This document shows, one piece after another, positions 35,361 through 45,800 of a stretch of DNA of 64,000 bases; the first letter of the stretch is position 1; each line of letters begins with the position of its first letter. The notes under the pieces were generated by a model. That model made no database searches and was not told the origin of the DNA. It saw nothing but the letters and a program-made list of their open reading frames with translations. This stretch comes from a virus. The position numbers and the translations under genes were made by a program. The stretch is from positions 4,659 to 68,658 of IMG/VR virus record IMGVR_UViG_3300012521_000003. One strand, 5' to 3'.

Positions 35361-35722
35361 CCTATTACCTCCATCTGTGGGATAACCCCTTCAGCATTTA
35401 ACCTTTTAAAAAACGCGTACGCGCTCTCGCTATAAGCACATAGACGAACCGGTCGATTACGGTCGATAACTCTCGAGATAAGATACTTACCAAGACCCTC
35501 AGATCTACGGCTCTCAAGGATATCAATGAATAGTATATCCTGGGAGGGTCCGTTATCATTAACAGCTATATATCCAAGTATCTTCTGACCCTCATACAAA
35601 ATATATATGGGGGAGTCTTCAAGGATCTCAGCCGTATCCTCTGTATTGAATACAAAGCCCTTAAGACCTAGTACCTTTTCGAAAGTACCGATTTCGATTC
35701 TACGTTCGCTACCTTTGAGCAC
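35357..35722 (-). CDS. GNAT-family acetyltransferase-like protein
   Basis: ILGYIAV...RRSEGLGKYLI...SAYAFFKRL resembles GNAT motifs A and B; GTG start. Confidence 0.6.
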   Translation of the reverse strand: MLKGSERRIEIGTFEKVLGLKGFVFNTEDTAEILEDSPIYILYEGQKILGYIAVNDNGPSQDILFIDILESRRSEGLGKYLISRVIDRNRPVRLCAYSESAYAFFKRLNAEGVIPQMEVIG

Positions 35723-35761
35723 TTACCAGACCTCCACAACTTAATTTCTATCTTCTCTTGA

Positions 35762-35790
35762 ATTATATGCGATCCGGAGTCAAAAATAAA
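35762..35790 (-). promoter_or_regulatory. Putative promoter for the GNAT/helicase operon
   Basis: TTTATT-N17-TATAAT (context GCATATAATTC). Confidence 0.55.
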
Positions 35791-35823
35791 CTAGGAAGGG
35801 GAGCAAAAGGACTTATAGATAAT

Positions 35824-35856
35824 GAGATACCTGTAGGCAGTACCTACAGGTATCTC
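35824..35856 (-). terminator. Hairpin ending the late (structural) operon
   Basis: 14-bp perfect stem GAGATACCTGTAGG/CCTACAGGTATCTC. Confidence 0.7.
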
Positions 35857-35867
35857 AGAGACCTATA

Positions 35868-36173
35868 TTACAGAAGGCGCCCTTTTGTCTGCTCTTGACA
35901 GAACTTATTATATTCATCCTCTGCTTGGGTAAAGAGCTTCCGAGCTGCTTTGAGTTCTCCATTTACCTTATGTTCCTCGTAACAGATTGCGGTGGCCTCA
36001 GCTAACTTTCCACTGGCATATACCAAGTTGAGTAATAGCAAGGCTTCCTTTCTCCTAGACTCTTCAAGAACCCTTGCTCTTTTTCGCTCTCTAGCTGCTA
36101 GGGCCTCTATTACAGCGACAACTATTGCAGTAAGGGCTGGGATGATATATGGAGCTAGTTCTTTCATAGGCAT
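35868..36173 (-). CDS. Single-pass membrane protein, possibly holin-related
   Basis: N-terminal transmembrane segment then charged helix; last gene of the tail module. Confidence 0.6.
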   Translation of the reverse strand: MPMKELAPYIIPALTAIVVAVIEALAARERKRARVLEESRRKEALLLLNLVYASGKLAEATAICYEEHKVNGELKAARKLFTQAEDEYNKFCQEQTKGRLL

Positions 36174-36179
36174 TTCCTC

Positions 36180-37889
36180 CTACTTAATATTATTTACACG
36201 GAACTTAACACCTATATCTATATTTGGCTTGGTCCCGTTGACTACAAACATGAATTGGTCTTGAGTACCAGATACAGGCCATATAGAGAAGCATGCCTTA
36301 GTAGCCGCTTCGACTTCACTAGCATTAGTACTAGAGAGCGAGAATTCAATGTCCTGAGTAGCTGGATTTACAGTAACGCCAGATAGGGTTATCGTCTGCT
36401 GGTAAGGTTGAGTCGTACTCCAACCAGAGGCGGATAATGTAAAGGATTGGTCGGTACCTATAGAATAGGTTCTAGCCATTGCTGCCTGTAGTTGAGTGGT
36501 GGTTACATAGTCGCCGCCAACAATCTCACTTGCCTCATCCCTAGCGGCTTCAGCAGCAATTCTAGCTGCTTCTGCTGCATCTCTAGCCATCTCAGCAGCG
36601 GTCTTAGCACTCTCAGCAGAGTCTCGGTAGTCCTTTGCAGTATTCATGTACGTCTGAGCATTTGTGGCAGACGTAGAGGCCTCACTAGCTTTCTCACTAG
36701 CAGTACTTGCTGAATTAGCCGCGGCAGTAGCTGAATTTGCGGCGTCAGTGGCAGATGTAGCTGCAGCAGTGGCTGAATTAGCTGCTAGTGTCTGGGAGGC
36801 TGCTGCAGCTGAAGCAGAGTTAGCTGCACTACCAGCTGAGTTAGCTGCAGCAGCTGCTGCATTCTCCGCTTCATCTCTGGCTGTTTCTGCAGCGGTCTGT
36901 GCCGCTTGAGCCCCAAGCATAGCAGACTCTGCATCATCCTTATGAGACTTCGCTGTATTCATGTAGCTCTGCGCTGTAGAAGCTGAATTAGCAGCATTAG
37001 TAGCAGATGTAGCTGCAGCACTGGCTGAATTTGCTGCATTTGTTGCTGAGGTACTAGCCGAGGTGGCTGAGCTAGCTGCGTTTGTGGCTGAAGTTGCGGC
37101 TGCATCCCTCGCAGACTCAGCTGAAGTCTTAGCGGATTCAGCGTCTAATTTAGCCCTCTCGGCAGCTTCTTTATAAGTCTTAGCAGTATTCATATATGCC
37201 TGCGCATCGGTAGCCGAATTGGAAGCCTCAGTAGCTTTGGTGCTAGCGGTGTTTGCAGAGTTAGCAGCTGCTGTAGCTGAATTAGCAGCATTAGTAGCAG
37301 AGGTAGCTGCGGCACTGGCTGAATTAGCTGCAGCGGTCTGAGAAGCAGAAGCTGCTGAAGCTGACAACTCAGCTGAATTAGCCGAGCTCTGGGCATTATA
37401 GGCTGACTGAGCCGCACTATCAGCAGACGCTTGAGCCTGGTCTCTATACTCCTCAGTATCATCAGCTAGCTCCATAGCTTTACTCAGAGTATTATTAGCT
37501 ATTTGTATTACACCTGGATAGACCGGGAGAGGTGAGTCGCCAAGCCATTGGCTCCGGGTCAATTGACCATAGGCTAGAGTACTGCGTATAACTATTGAGT
37601 CATCGGGACTAATCAGAACTAGTTGAACTGCCAATGTGCCGAATTTTACGGTCATTTGTTGGTCTAGGAGATAAGTGAATTTTAACTGTGTATCCTCAAT
37701 GGTCTTATTCATCAGAACCATCGGAACCTTATCCAATACCAGATTTCCCTTAAAGTTTGTAACGTCCATACCAAGTACGGTCTTGGGGCAGGTTATCTCT
37801 AAGGTGACCGCCTTGTCGTCGTACTGAACACCAAGGTCGGCGTCGATAGTGGATAAGACTCTGTTACTATCCATTGCGAATTTAGCCAT
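36180..37889 (-). CDS. Tail fibre / upper baseplate protein with Ala/Ser-rich repeats
   Basis: BppU-like N-terminus; repeated ATSATNAANSA and three YMNTAK units. Confidence 0.75.
   Translation of the reverse strand: MAKFAMDSNRVLSTIDADLGVQYDDKAVTLEITCPKTVLGMDVTNFKGNLVLDKVPMVLMNKTIEDTQLKFTYLLDQQMTVKFGTLAVQLVLISPDDSIVIRSTLAYGQLTRSQWLGDSPLPVYPGVIQIANNTLSKAMELADDTEEYRDQAQASADSAAQSAYNAQSSANSAELSASAASASQTAAANSASAAATSATNAANSATAAANSANTASTKATEASNSATDAQAYMNTAKTYKEAAERAKLDAESAKTSAESARDAAATSATNAASSATSASTSATNAANSASAAATSATNAANSASTAQSYMNTAKSHKDDAESAMLGAQAAQTAAETARDEAENAAAAAANSAGSAANSASAAAASQTLAANSATAAATSATDAANSATAAANSASTASEKASEASTSATNAQTYMNTAKDYRDSAESAKTAAEMARDAAEAARIAAEAARDEASEIVGGDYVTTTQLQAAMARTYSIGTDQSFTLSASGWSTTQPYQQTITLSGVTVNPATQDIEFSLSSTNASEVEAATKACFSIWPVSGTQDQFMFVVNGTKPNIDIGVKFRVNNIK
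36520..37450 (-). repeat. Degenerate internal repeats of the fibre shaft
   Basis: Three YMNTAK-terminated modules and many GCTGAATTAGC/GCTGCAGCA motifs. Confidence 0.8.
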
Positions 37890-37911
37890 TCGTTACGCCC
37901 CCTCCTATTAT

Positions 37912-38559
37912 TTAAGGAATTGAATTAAGTGCCCAAGAAAGAGTAGTAAAGTAATATCCGTAAATCGTGTCCCCGGGGTATACAGTCGGAATACCGGTAG
38001 GCTTCATATAGTCTATGGTATACTTTACCTGATTAAACTTAGCTGCAGTTACATCCTCTCCAGGACTCACATAATATGACCCACCAACCTGGGGAGCTGT
38101 TTTATAAGCAGCGAATAGGTTGACTCTGTCGATAAAGGCATTCCATCTACTAGCGGTTAGGGTTGAGATCAGCCCATGATTATTAAATGCGTTCAATTCT
38201 GATTGAGTCCAGGACCAGTTATCGGGCCTTGGAATACCTGCTTCTGTTATTGCTGTGATATATAAGGAGGTAAGAAATCCTTTATTCGGTGAGTAGATAG
38301 AGCAGGAGATCATGTAAGCGGTACCTGGCAATAGTCCAGTGAGTGTTATATCTCCACCTTGGGTATAACCGGAATTTGGATATGAGCCAGGTAGATAAGT
38401 TGTACCAGCATACGTGTCATGGCTATCCCCTGAGGCTCTATAATACCACTCTACATTTCGGGTGTCGTTATCAGGAGCATCGCCCCAAGCGGGATCTAGT
38501 CCTGCTACATATAATGAGATACTGGTTCTCGTGACCTCCGAGACTATTAGGTATGCCAT
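37912..38559 (-). CDS. Tail tip protein with an Ig/FnIII-like N-terminus
   Basis: VSEVTRTSISLYV...LTGLLPGTAYMISC FnIII-like pattern. Confidence 0.65.
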   Translation of the reverse strand: MAYLIVSEVTRTSISLYVAGLDPAWGDAPDNDTRNVEWYYRASGDSHDTYAGTTYLPGSYPNSGYTQGGDITLTGLLPGTAYMISCSIYSPNKGFLTSLYITAITEAGIPRPDNWSWTQSELNAFNNHGLISTLTASRWNAFIDRVNLFAAYKTAPQVGGSYYVSPGEDVTAAKFNQVKYTIDYMKPTGIPTVYPGDTIYGYYFTTLSWALNSIP

Positions 38560-38571
38560 ATAATCACCTCA

Positions 38572-41136
38572 TTATCCGAAGCGTCCAACTATACCTGTAG
38601 GGGGATTAGCAAAGTGGACCTGTCCATAGAAGTTGACGTGGTTGTCAAAATCTGTTACAGGATATCTCCACTTCGCATAGCAGTTTCCAATAGTATCGAA
38701 TACAGCATATGGGGCTACATCCCCACCGTAATAGTAGAATTTTACTGGCGACAACTTCATACCATTGTACATTACCTGGAACTCCAGACCATGATCCGAA
38801 CCTGGAGGTGTGCTACTACTACCGGGACTCGGCGGTATATAGATCTGTACTATATTTCCCCTTATGAGATGGGCTTCTATTTCGTTAGGGCCTATAACAG
38901 TCTGGGTAATATATCCAGGTACAGAGGCGTCGCTACCATCTCTACCGTCTCTACCAACAAACTGATAACCCGGAGTCCAAGTATTACCGCCATCAGTACT
39001 ATCTCTTCTGTATATATCACCCGGCTGCATTGTACTATGCCAATTAACATTATCAGAGGAGTACTGATACCTTATTGGGGAGCTAGACTGGCTCCACTGA
39101 ATAACGCCATTAGAGAGATTTATATTACCCTCAAGTGTTATGTCTCCGGTAGTACCATCTATCTTAATCTTTCCTAGGTCAAGCATTGAGCTCTTCCACT
39201 TACCATTAGCTAGGAGGGAGTTTCCAAACTCATCCTGGAAATCTGTGGCTCTAACTATTCCAGCGAAGACTCCATCAGTAGCATTAACAGTTCCAGTAAA
39301 GGAGCCACTGGAGGCTTCAACATGACCCTTGAAATAAGCATTGCCGTTCATGGTTACACCGAAGACTAGGGAGTCTCCAGTATAGTTGCCGGAACTATCG
39401 AAGTCACCATTCCAAAGAGCGAAGCCATAAGCATTACCTGGCATGTCATCGCTGGCTTTCATGGTAGCCTTAAATCTCTTGTCAGCTGACTGAACTACTA
39501 TACCCTCTGTGTTGTTCAGTCGAACACCACAAGAATTAGGCTCGATTACGATACCATCCGAGCCTACACTGAGTACATGTATTGAATTAGCCAGAACCTT
39601 CTCAGCTAGTACACCCTCACCAGTTATAGCATTCTCGTAGGTGACCCCAAAGTTTGTACTTACTCCTAGTCCATTAGGGGTTAGTCTGACCTGGTTACCA
39701 GTAGGTTTGCCCTCAGCATCAAGGGCTATGGCAGTAAGCTGCCCATCCTTCCATACGAGATCGCCACGTCCAGAGTTTATGGTCGTGGTGAAAGTGCTTA
39801 TATAACCCTTTAGAAGTTCTGAGACAGCCGGATTTTCTGAGAGCTTCTTATTATACTCTATCGAACTGGTTATTGCTTCAGCGAATAGCTCATCCTTATT
39901 AGAGAGCTCACATGAACTCTTTTCGGGGAATCCAGGATAGATATTCGTAGAGAGTACTCTGACTTTTATATCAACCCCGAGCTCTAGATCTCTGACATAG
40001 ACCCAGTCACCAATATCGAAGGTCTCATCAGCATCTTCGACTAGGAGATCGGAGAGTCTCACATAATCAACTGAATAGGAGACCTCAGGCTTAGACATCT
40101 TAGCTAGCTGCTTCCGACCCTCTATCAATAGCTGGTCTGCGTCAACGAAGTCATCGAGTTTAAGGTGGCCTATCCTTATGAACTTACTGGCATCCCCATT
40201 GGCCATTATATCTTCATAGATCTCAGTCTCCGTATATCCCTGTTCAAGGAAGAAAGAGAAATCGGTTATAAAGCTCTGACCATTCTGAAGCTGGTCAAGC
40301 GGGCTCTCATCTGGACCATGGATATTGACTTCGTTAACTGTCAGGTCCTCATCGCCATATAGATAGAGCTTAGTGATAAAGTCGGTAGAGTCGGCAGACT
40401 TTCTTATACCTGTTAAGTTCTTACCATACTCTATTGTCGCTCCTGTATCCCGCCCGGGCTCTTTTACAAAGTCGACCTTCCGGTCACGAGGTCTATATAC
40501 TATATGGCAGTCAAATTTCTCTGCCATTTCCTGAAGTAGCGAGGGGACAGACATCCACTCTCCTGAGAATGTCCTAGCTGCTCCATCGTCATCTACTACA
40601 CCAGGAGTCCATCCAGTATTCTCAAGTGCAAAGCTCATCATCTCTCGGGCGGAGAGTACTAGTTCCGCAAGCTCACTCTGAATATTACAAGTTGTCCAGA
40701 AATTCCACTGGCTACCAGATAGAGAACTACCAGAGGTATGACCAATGACACATTCGTAGACTACTCCGTAGTGCTTTATTCTATCTCCTCTATTATACCG
40801 ATGTAAAGCTTCCCAGTTAGAATATTGCTCTGCTCCTATGTAAGTACCTACAACCTGTCTGGGTTTGTAGTTAAGCTCAATCGCTATAGAAGGAGCCGTA
40901 ACAGAGATAATGCGAGATCCTCCGGAGTCTCTGGTCGGACTAGTGTTCTTGACTATAAAGGGCTCTCCGCAGAACTCTAGTATAACTTCATTCTGGAGAA
41001 GAACCCTGTTTTTATCGGTCGCGGGAACCGTAAATGTCATCTCGGGCCATGAGTCTAATCGACTAGAGATGCAGAGGTCTCTATACTTGGTTATAGTGCC
41101 TATAGGCCTACCAAGCAAGTCGAAAACCTGGATCAT
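38572..41136 (-). CDS. Tail-associated hub protein (Tal / prophage endopeptidase tail family)
   Basis: IEYGKNLTGIRKSADSTDFITKLY, P.VSY.VD; inserted chitin-binding-like WEALHRYNRGDRIKHYGVVYEC. Confidence 0.8.
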   Translation of the reverse strand: MIQVFDLLGRPIGTITKYRDLCISSRLDSWPEMTFTVPATDKNRVLLQNEVILEFCGEPFIVKNTSPTRDSGGSRIISVTAPSIAIELNYKPRQVVGTYIGAEQYSNWEALHRYNRGDRIKHYGVVYECVIGHTSGSSLSGSQWNFWTTCNIQSELAELVLSAREMMSFALENTGWTPGVVDDDGAARTFSGEWMSVPSLLQEMAEKFDCHIVYRPRDRKVDFVKEPGRDTGATIEYGKNLTGIRKSADSTDFITKLYLYGDEDLTVNEVNIHGPDESPLDQLQNGQSFITDFSFFLEQGYTETEIYEDIMANGDASKFIRIGHLKLDDFVDADQLLIEGRKQLAKMSKPEVSYSVDYVRLSDLLVEDADETFDIGDWVYVRDLELGVDIKVRVLSTNIYPGFPEKSSCELSNKDELFAEAITSSIEYNKKLSENPAVSELLKGYISTFTTTINSGRGDLVWKDGQLTAIALDAEGKPTGNQVRLTPNGLGVSTNFGVTYENAITGEGVLAEKVLANSIHVLSVGSDGIVIEPNSCGVRLNNTEGIVVQSADKRFKATMKASDDMPGNAYGFALWNGDFDSSGNYTGDSLVFGVTMNGNAYFKGHVEASSGSFTGTVNATDGVFAGIVRATDFQDEFGNSLLANGKWKSSMLDLGKIKIDGTTGDITLEGNINLSNGVIQWSQSSSPIRYQYSSDNVNWHSTMQPGDIYRRDSTDGGNTWTPGYQFVGRDGRDGSDASVPGYITQTVIGPNEIEAHLIRGNIVQIYIPPSPGSSSTPPGSDHGLEFQVMYNGMKLSPVKFYYYGGDVAPYAVFDTIGNCYAKWRYPVTDFDNHVNFYGQVHFANPPTGIVGRFG

Positions 41137-41223
41137 TTGATCTCTCCTTTCAATCGTAGACTCTCACCTTATAATCTAAGTCAAATTTTACAGGGTAGAA
41201 CAAGTAGAAGCTCCTATTAAAGA

Positions 41224-41943
41224 TTATAGATAGGTGTCCCTGTATATGATTCGGAGGTTCGGCGCATTGGTCTCAATACGATTACTCTCTGGATACAGTC
41301 TAAGTACACCAGCTGAGGCGCTGCTAGATATAGGAGTTCCATTGAAGAGTGCTATGTTTGTACGACAGTTGAGGACAAGTATGTCGCTAGCTCCTAGAGA
41401 TATATTGTTGAAAGTCTTAAGCTGTACACCCTCTGATGTAATTATCTTGATATATGGGTTCTCTACCGGGCCAGTAATCTTAAAGGCGGGGTAATGAAGC
41501 GTATTGCCACCTGGGACTATTTCATCATAGACCTCAACATCGTGTTCATCCAAGCCTAGGAAGAATGGGAACTCCGCCAGAAGTTTCAAGCGTACCTCTG
41601 TATAGCTTGGCGTGTCCTTAACCTCTATACTACCATCGAGCCTGCAGTCTATGAAGCGATCAGGTCGTTCCTCAAAGATAAGTCTACCGGGGGTCATAAA
41701 GAGTTCGATTAGGTTACGGATTCGAGTATCAGGATTGGTCTGATTCTCGACATATAGAGATAAGTTAATCTCCTTAGGTGAAAACTCTGCGTACTGCATC
41801 TCATCCCCGCCCCCTAAATCTGTATCAAAGGTTGCAACATTTAGAGGGGGAACCTTAAAGGCGTCATGGTCGACTACGTAGATACCGAGATCCTCTAAGT
41901 TCTGACCTCTATAAGAGGTCTGATAATAAGCTAGATTAGTCAT
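41224..41943 (-). CDS. Distal tail protein (Dit)-like, copy 2
   Basis: GRLIFEERPDRF..C.LDG, AEFPFF, YPAFKITGPVENP, L.PESNRI. Confidence 0.75.
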   Translation of the reverse strand: MTNLAYYQTSYRGQNLEDLGIYVVDHDAFKVPPLNVATFDTDLGGGDEMQYAEFSPKEINLSLYVENQTNPDTRIRNLIELFMTPGRLIFEERPDRFIDCRLDGSIEVKDTPSYTEVRLKLLAEFPFFLGLDEHDVEVYDEIVPGGNTLHYPAFKITGPVENPYIKIITSEGVQLKTFNNISLGASDILVLNCRTNIALFNGTPISSSASAGVLRLYPESNRIETNAPNLRIIYRDTYL

Positions 41944-41952
41944 AAGTACCTC

Positions 41953-42735
41953 CTAATATAAAGACTTAGTCCGATATACAATCCTAGCATTAGCAACAGA
42001 GCCATCTTGGTTAGTAACGAGTACAAACATTTGTTCTCCCTTATCTATGTAGGGGAAGTCTCCGTATAGAATGGGCCTATAGTTAGTTCCAGAGGGACCA
42101 GTAACAGTTCTCTCCTCACCATCTAATGTTACGCATTCCCCTTGGCTAAGGGTTACATTTAGATGGCAAACTCGTTTGTTGGAGGTGATAACAGGGTTTA
42201 CAACGGGACCGTAGATAAATATCTGAGGGTAGATCCGCTCGGTTCCATCATTCTCATGGATAACTCTGGGGGCTGGACTATCCTGGATTGTAGTTGGACC
42301 ATAGATATATGGGTCGTAACATAGAAGTGTATATTCGACCTGGCTGTCCGAGACCCAGAACTTAGGAACTGTGGACTCCTTATAATAGGCTTTATAGAAC
42401 CGACCCTCCTCATCTGTGAATTCGAGTTCAACGGGGTTACCGTAGTTGTAAAGCAGATTCGAGAGAAAACTCTCGAGATCATCGATAGTGCTGTTATAGA
42501 AGGTGGAGTAGGGATCGATCTCAGAAAGACCAAACATTACCGAGAGCCTTATTCTTCTAGGGTATATTTTGCTACCCGAGGTGTAACCCCCGGGTAGCCC
42601 AAGAGCAGTCGCACGATTGTGGGTTATTGTCGGTAGACGCTCTATCGTCGTATCTCTAGTAAGAGTAGCTCCCATAGAGGATAGCAGAAAGCCCTCTTTA
42701 TATTTATTTGTATAGATTTTCAGATCTGAGAACAT
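41953..42735 (-). CDS. Distal tail protein (Dit)-like, copy 1
   Basis: LEFTDEEGRFYKAY, CYDPYIYG, YPQIFIYGPVVNP, GDFPYIDKGE; directly follows the TMP gene. Confidence 0.8.
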   Translation of the reverse strand: MFSDLKIYTNKYKEGFLLSSMGATLTRDTTIERLPTITHNRATALGLPGGYTSGSKIYPRRIRLSVMFGLSEIDPYSTFYNSTIDDLESFLSNLLYNYGNPVELEFTDEEGRFYKAYYKESTVPKFWVSDSQVEYTLLCYDPYIYGPTTIQDSPAPRVIHENDGTERIYPQIFIYGPVVNPVITSNKRVCHLNVTLSQGECVTLDGEERTVTGPSGTNYRPILYGDFPYIDKGEQMFVLVTNQDGSVANARIVYRTKSLY

Positions 42736-42762
42736 GTTACCCTCCTATTTGCTCGAAACCTT

Positions 42763-42843
42763 AATCAGGTCCTTTATTTTTAAGGCATGAATTTATTAAG
42801 GCGGGATAATTTAATTTTTAAGTTACCTGAATGCGCGAGCTTT
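42763..42843 (+). repeat. Conserved ~80 bp intergenic element, copy C
   Basis: AATCAGGTC-N4-ATTTTTAAGGCAT, with ATGCGCG at 68 nt offset; oriented opposite to the flanking genes. Confidence 0.7.
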
Positions 42844-42868
42844 AAATTGTATCTGGAAGCTATTTTTA

Positions 42869-45800
42869 TTAGCGGTTACGTGGTTTTGGGTTTGTTATTC
42901 CTCTACGGCTTAGCTGAGATCTAATATACCTACCAGCCACAGACTCGAGAGTGTCTACGTCAAAGTCACTCGAGAAGACCGCATTCTCTATGTTCATTAC
43001 CTTGTCGATTGTTACACTATTATCGACGTTGGTGCTTGAGGCTGAGGACTTGGTATATAGCGGGGCCACCCTCAAACGGAGTAGATCTCTCATGTCTATA
43101 CTCTTGAGTAGATTAGCCATCTGATCTCTAGGTACCATATATTCGCCTTCGAGAGCCTTTACTAAGGCCTCTTTGGGCCCAAGACCTAGGAGTCTAGAGA
43201 GCTCATTAGGTAGAGTGTTCTTACCAACCACGCCACCTGAGTGATATGTGGGTATACGAGCACCTGACTGTATAAACTCCCAGAATGTTCTCTGGAAATC
43301 TGAGGTCGGGGCATAGTCGAGACCCATCGAGTTGATCTTTGCATTGCGCTGACGCTCCAGCTGCTGGAGCCTTGAGTAGGTCTCCTGAGCTACAGAATAC
43401 TGACCGGACTTTATCTGGCTCTCGAGGGAGGACATCAGCGGTAGCATTAGAGCCATGTAGTCCGTATCTGGGTTAAAGTTTGTGCCGGAGGGTTTGGTCG
43501 AACCGTCGTTACCGAAAAGATTTCCGGGAGTCTGTTTGCTATAATCATCGGAGGGGGATATAGAGGGTGATAGGAGGTTCAATCCAGCATAGTAAGCTGC
43601 ATTCGCAGCCTCAGCAGCCTCTCTATACTTGCTGAGTAGAGACTCAGATGTTAAGTAAGCTAGAACATCGTTCTGGCCGGACATGTATCTATCTACGAGA
43701 CCCTGAGCGAAGTACTCAGCATTATCTAGGAGAATCTTATAGTGCTTATTGATCGCCCTCTCCTCGGCCTCCCAGTCCTTCATCTTCTCGTCATACTCTT
43801 TTTCTAGAGCCTCACGCTCTTCCTCAATCTGATCTCTAATAGCGTCTCTAGCCATCTGACGTTTTTTATCGTCATACTGCTTCTGGAGGTTATTGAGTTC
43901 ATCCTGAGCTTCTTTAAGGAGCTTTCTACCATACTGGCTTGTATCCCCTGCGAGTCTGCGAATACGGATCTGAACTAGTGCCATCTCCTGCTCTAGATCA
44001 GCTAGCTCTCTTTGGTCGTCTTCAGCTTTCCAAGAATCCTCTAAGTGCTTCAGGTACTCTTCGAGGTACTTTATCTTTTCATCATGTAGCTTCTGATATT
44101 CATCTCTGAGGTCTGAGATGTTCTCTAGCTCCTTCTCAAGGCCCTTATTATAAGCATCCGTGAGATAGGTAGAGAATACCTGTACAAGGGCTATTCTGGC
44201 ATCTTCAGCGGAACTCTCAAGCTCAACTAGCTTGTTCTGCAGCTCCTCGATGTATTTTCTTAGGCTGTTGATCCTACCTTCAGCAGAGTTTCTCTCAAAA
44301 GCAGAGGTAGCATTCTTAGCAGCGAGGCTCATAGACTTGAGTTCTTCAGAGGCTCTGTCTATCTCTCTAGATACGGTAGCCATCTGGTCCTCATAGTTTC
44401 TAAGCTGAGTATTGAGTCTGAGGGTAGCTATGGTTAGCTCCTGCTCGTTGTGGATGAAGCCCCTGAGCTTAGTAGTCATTAGGTCTATTTTATTAATAGC
44501 TCTAGATAAGCTACTCTCTAGCTCCGTTAGGCTATCCGTGTAGTAGCTCCGCATCAGCTGGCTTCTTACGTTATAGGCCTCGTATAGCGCCTGAGTATAA
44601 GACTCAATCTTGTCGGTTACTTCGTCATACTTGTCTTCCTCAGTACTTATCTTGCTTCGGAGTTCGACTAGCTGATTTATAGAGTCTACATACTGGTCTA
44701 TCAGCTGCTCCTGTAGCTTAAGTGCTCTAGAAAGATAGGTAGGGTTAGTTAGGTCCTCAGACCATATAGCCTGGAGTATAGAGATGTTATTGGTTATGCG
44801 CTTGATGGCATTCTCCAGTTTGTTCATGGCCTCATCAAGCCACTTCCATTTAGCATCGTCGCCTACGAGTTCTCCGACTCTCGTGGCTAGGGAAACTTCA
44901 GACCCGGGCTCAGGTAGGTTATCTAATACCTGCCTCCAAGAAGCCTGATTTCCACCGAAGGTCTTAAGGATCTGCTGCAGGAATGTTGCAAAAGCAGACG
45001 CCTCATTGTAGTGTTTTGTGTCACCCTCAGCTCTCAGTATTCTCATTAGGTCAAGAGTATCATTGAGCATCTGTCTGGTTTGCTCCACTGCCGTATTAGC
45101 TATTTGTAGCTGGGCTTTTGCGTAGTCATAGGCATACTTGCTTCTCTGAGTGAGATGGGTGCTGAGAGTATTTGTAATGGTGTCTATATTGTTATAGATC
45201 TGTACCTCAGACATAGCACCGAGTAGCTGTCCTGAGATCTCGAGATCACCGAAGAGGAGCTTTAGCTGGTATGCACCCTCTCGGACGGAACGCTCAGTAG
45301 CATAAGTGGCGTCTTTTATCTGCGATATGGCCTGGGCAGCCATTTCTAATTGCTCTTCGAGAGGTATAGCATCCTTATCTCTAAGACCTATATAGCCTAT
45401 GATGTCAGCTTCTCCTATTTCCTCGATCTTAGCCTTGAGCTCTGGGAAGGTCTCGGAGAATAAAGCATAGCCGTCTATCAGTTCAAATAAGCCTGAACCG
45501 AGATCCCCGAACTTAGATACGACGGTCTTAGAGTACTCCTGGAGTCTCATTATATTATAATCAAGGGAGGTTAGGACATAGTCATTAGAGTCGACTAGGG
45601 AGTTATTGATAGCATAGATTATGTCTAAGAAGTTATTAAGTATCTCGTCTCGTGTCAGCTCAGAGATTGTCTTTTTAGCCCCCTCGATCTCTATTGTCTT
45701 GGAGCCAAAGTAATCTTTAAGCTCCTTGACCGCGTCAGTGGCATCAGCGGGAGTACCTGCTCCGAGGATCTTTTCTATTATATCTCTGGCTATACCCTCA

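Noticed and set aside
3632-35856. Shared AGATACCTG arm in the hairpins at 3635 and 35824
   Set aside because: Only 9 bp in two terminator-like stems; could be chance
38614-39177. 187-aa + strand ORF
   Set aside because: Antisense to the Tal gene; composition not protein-like
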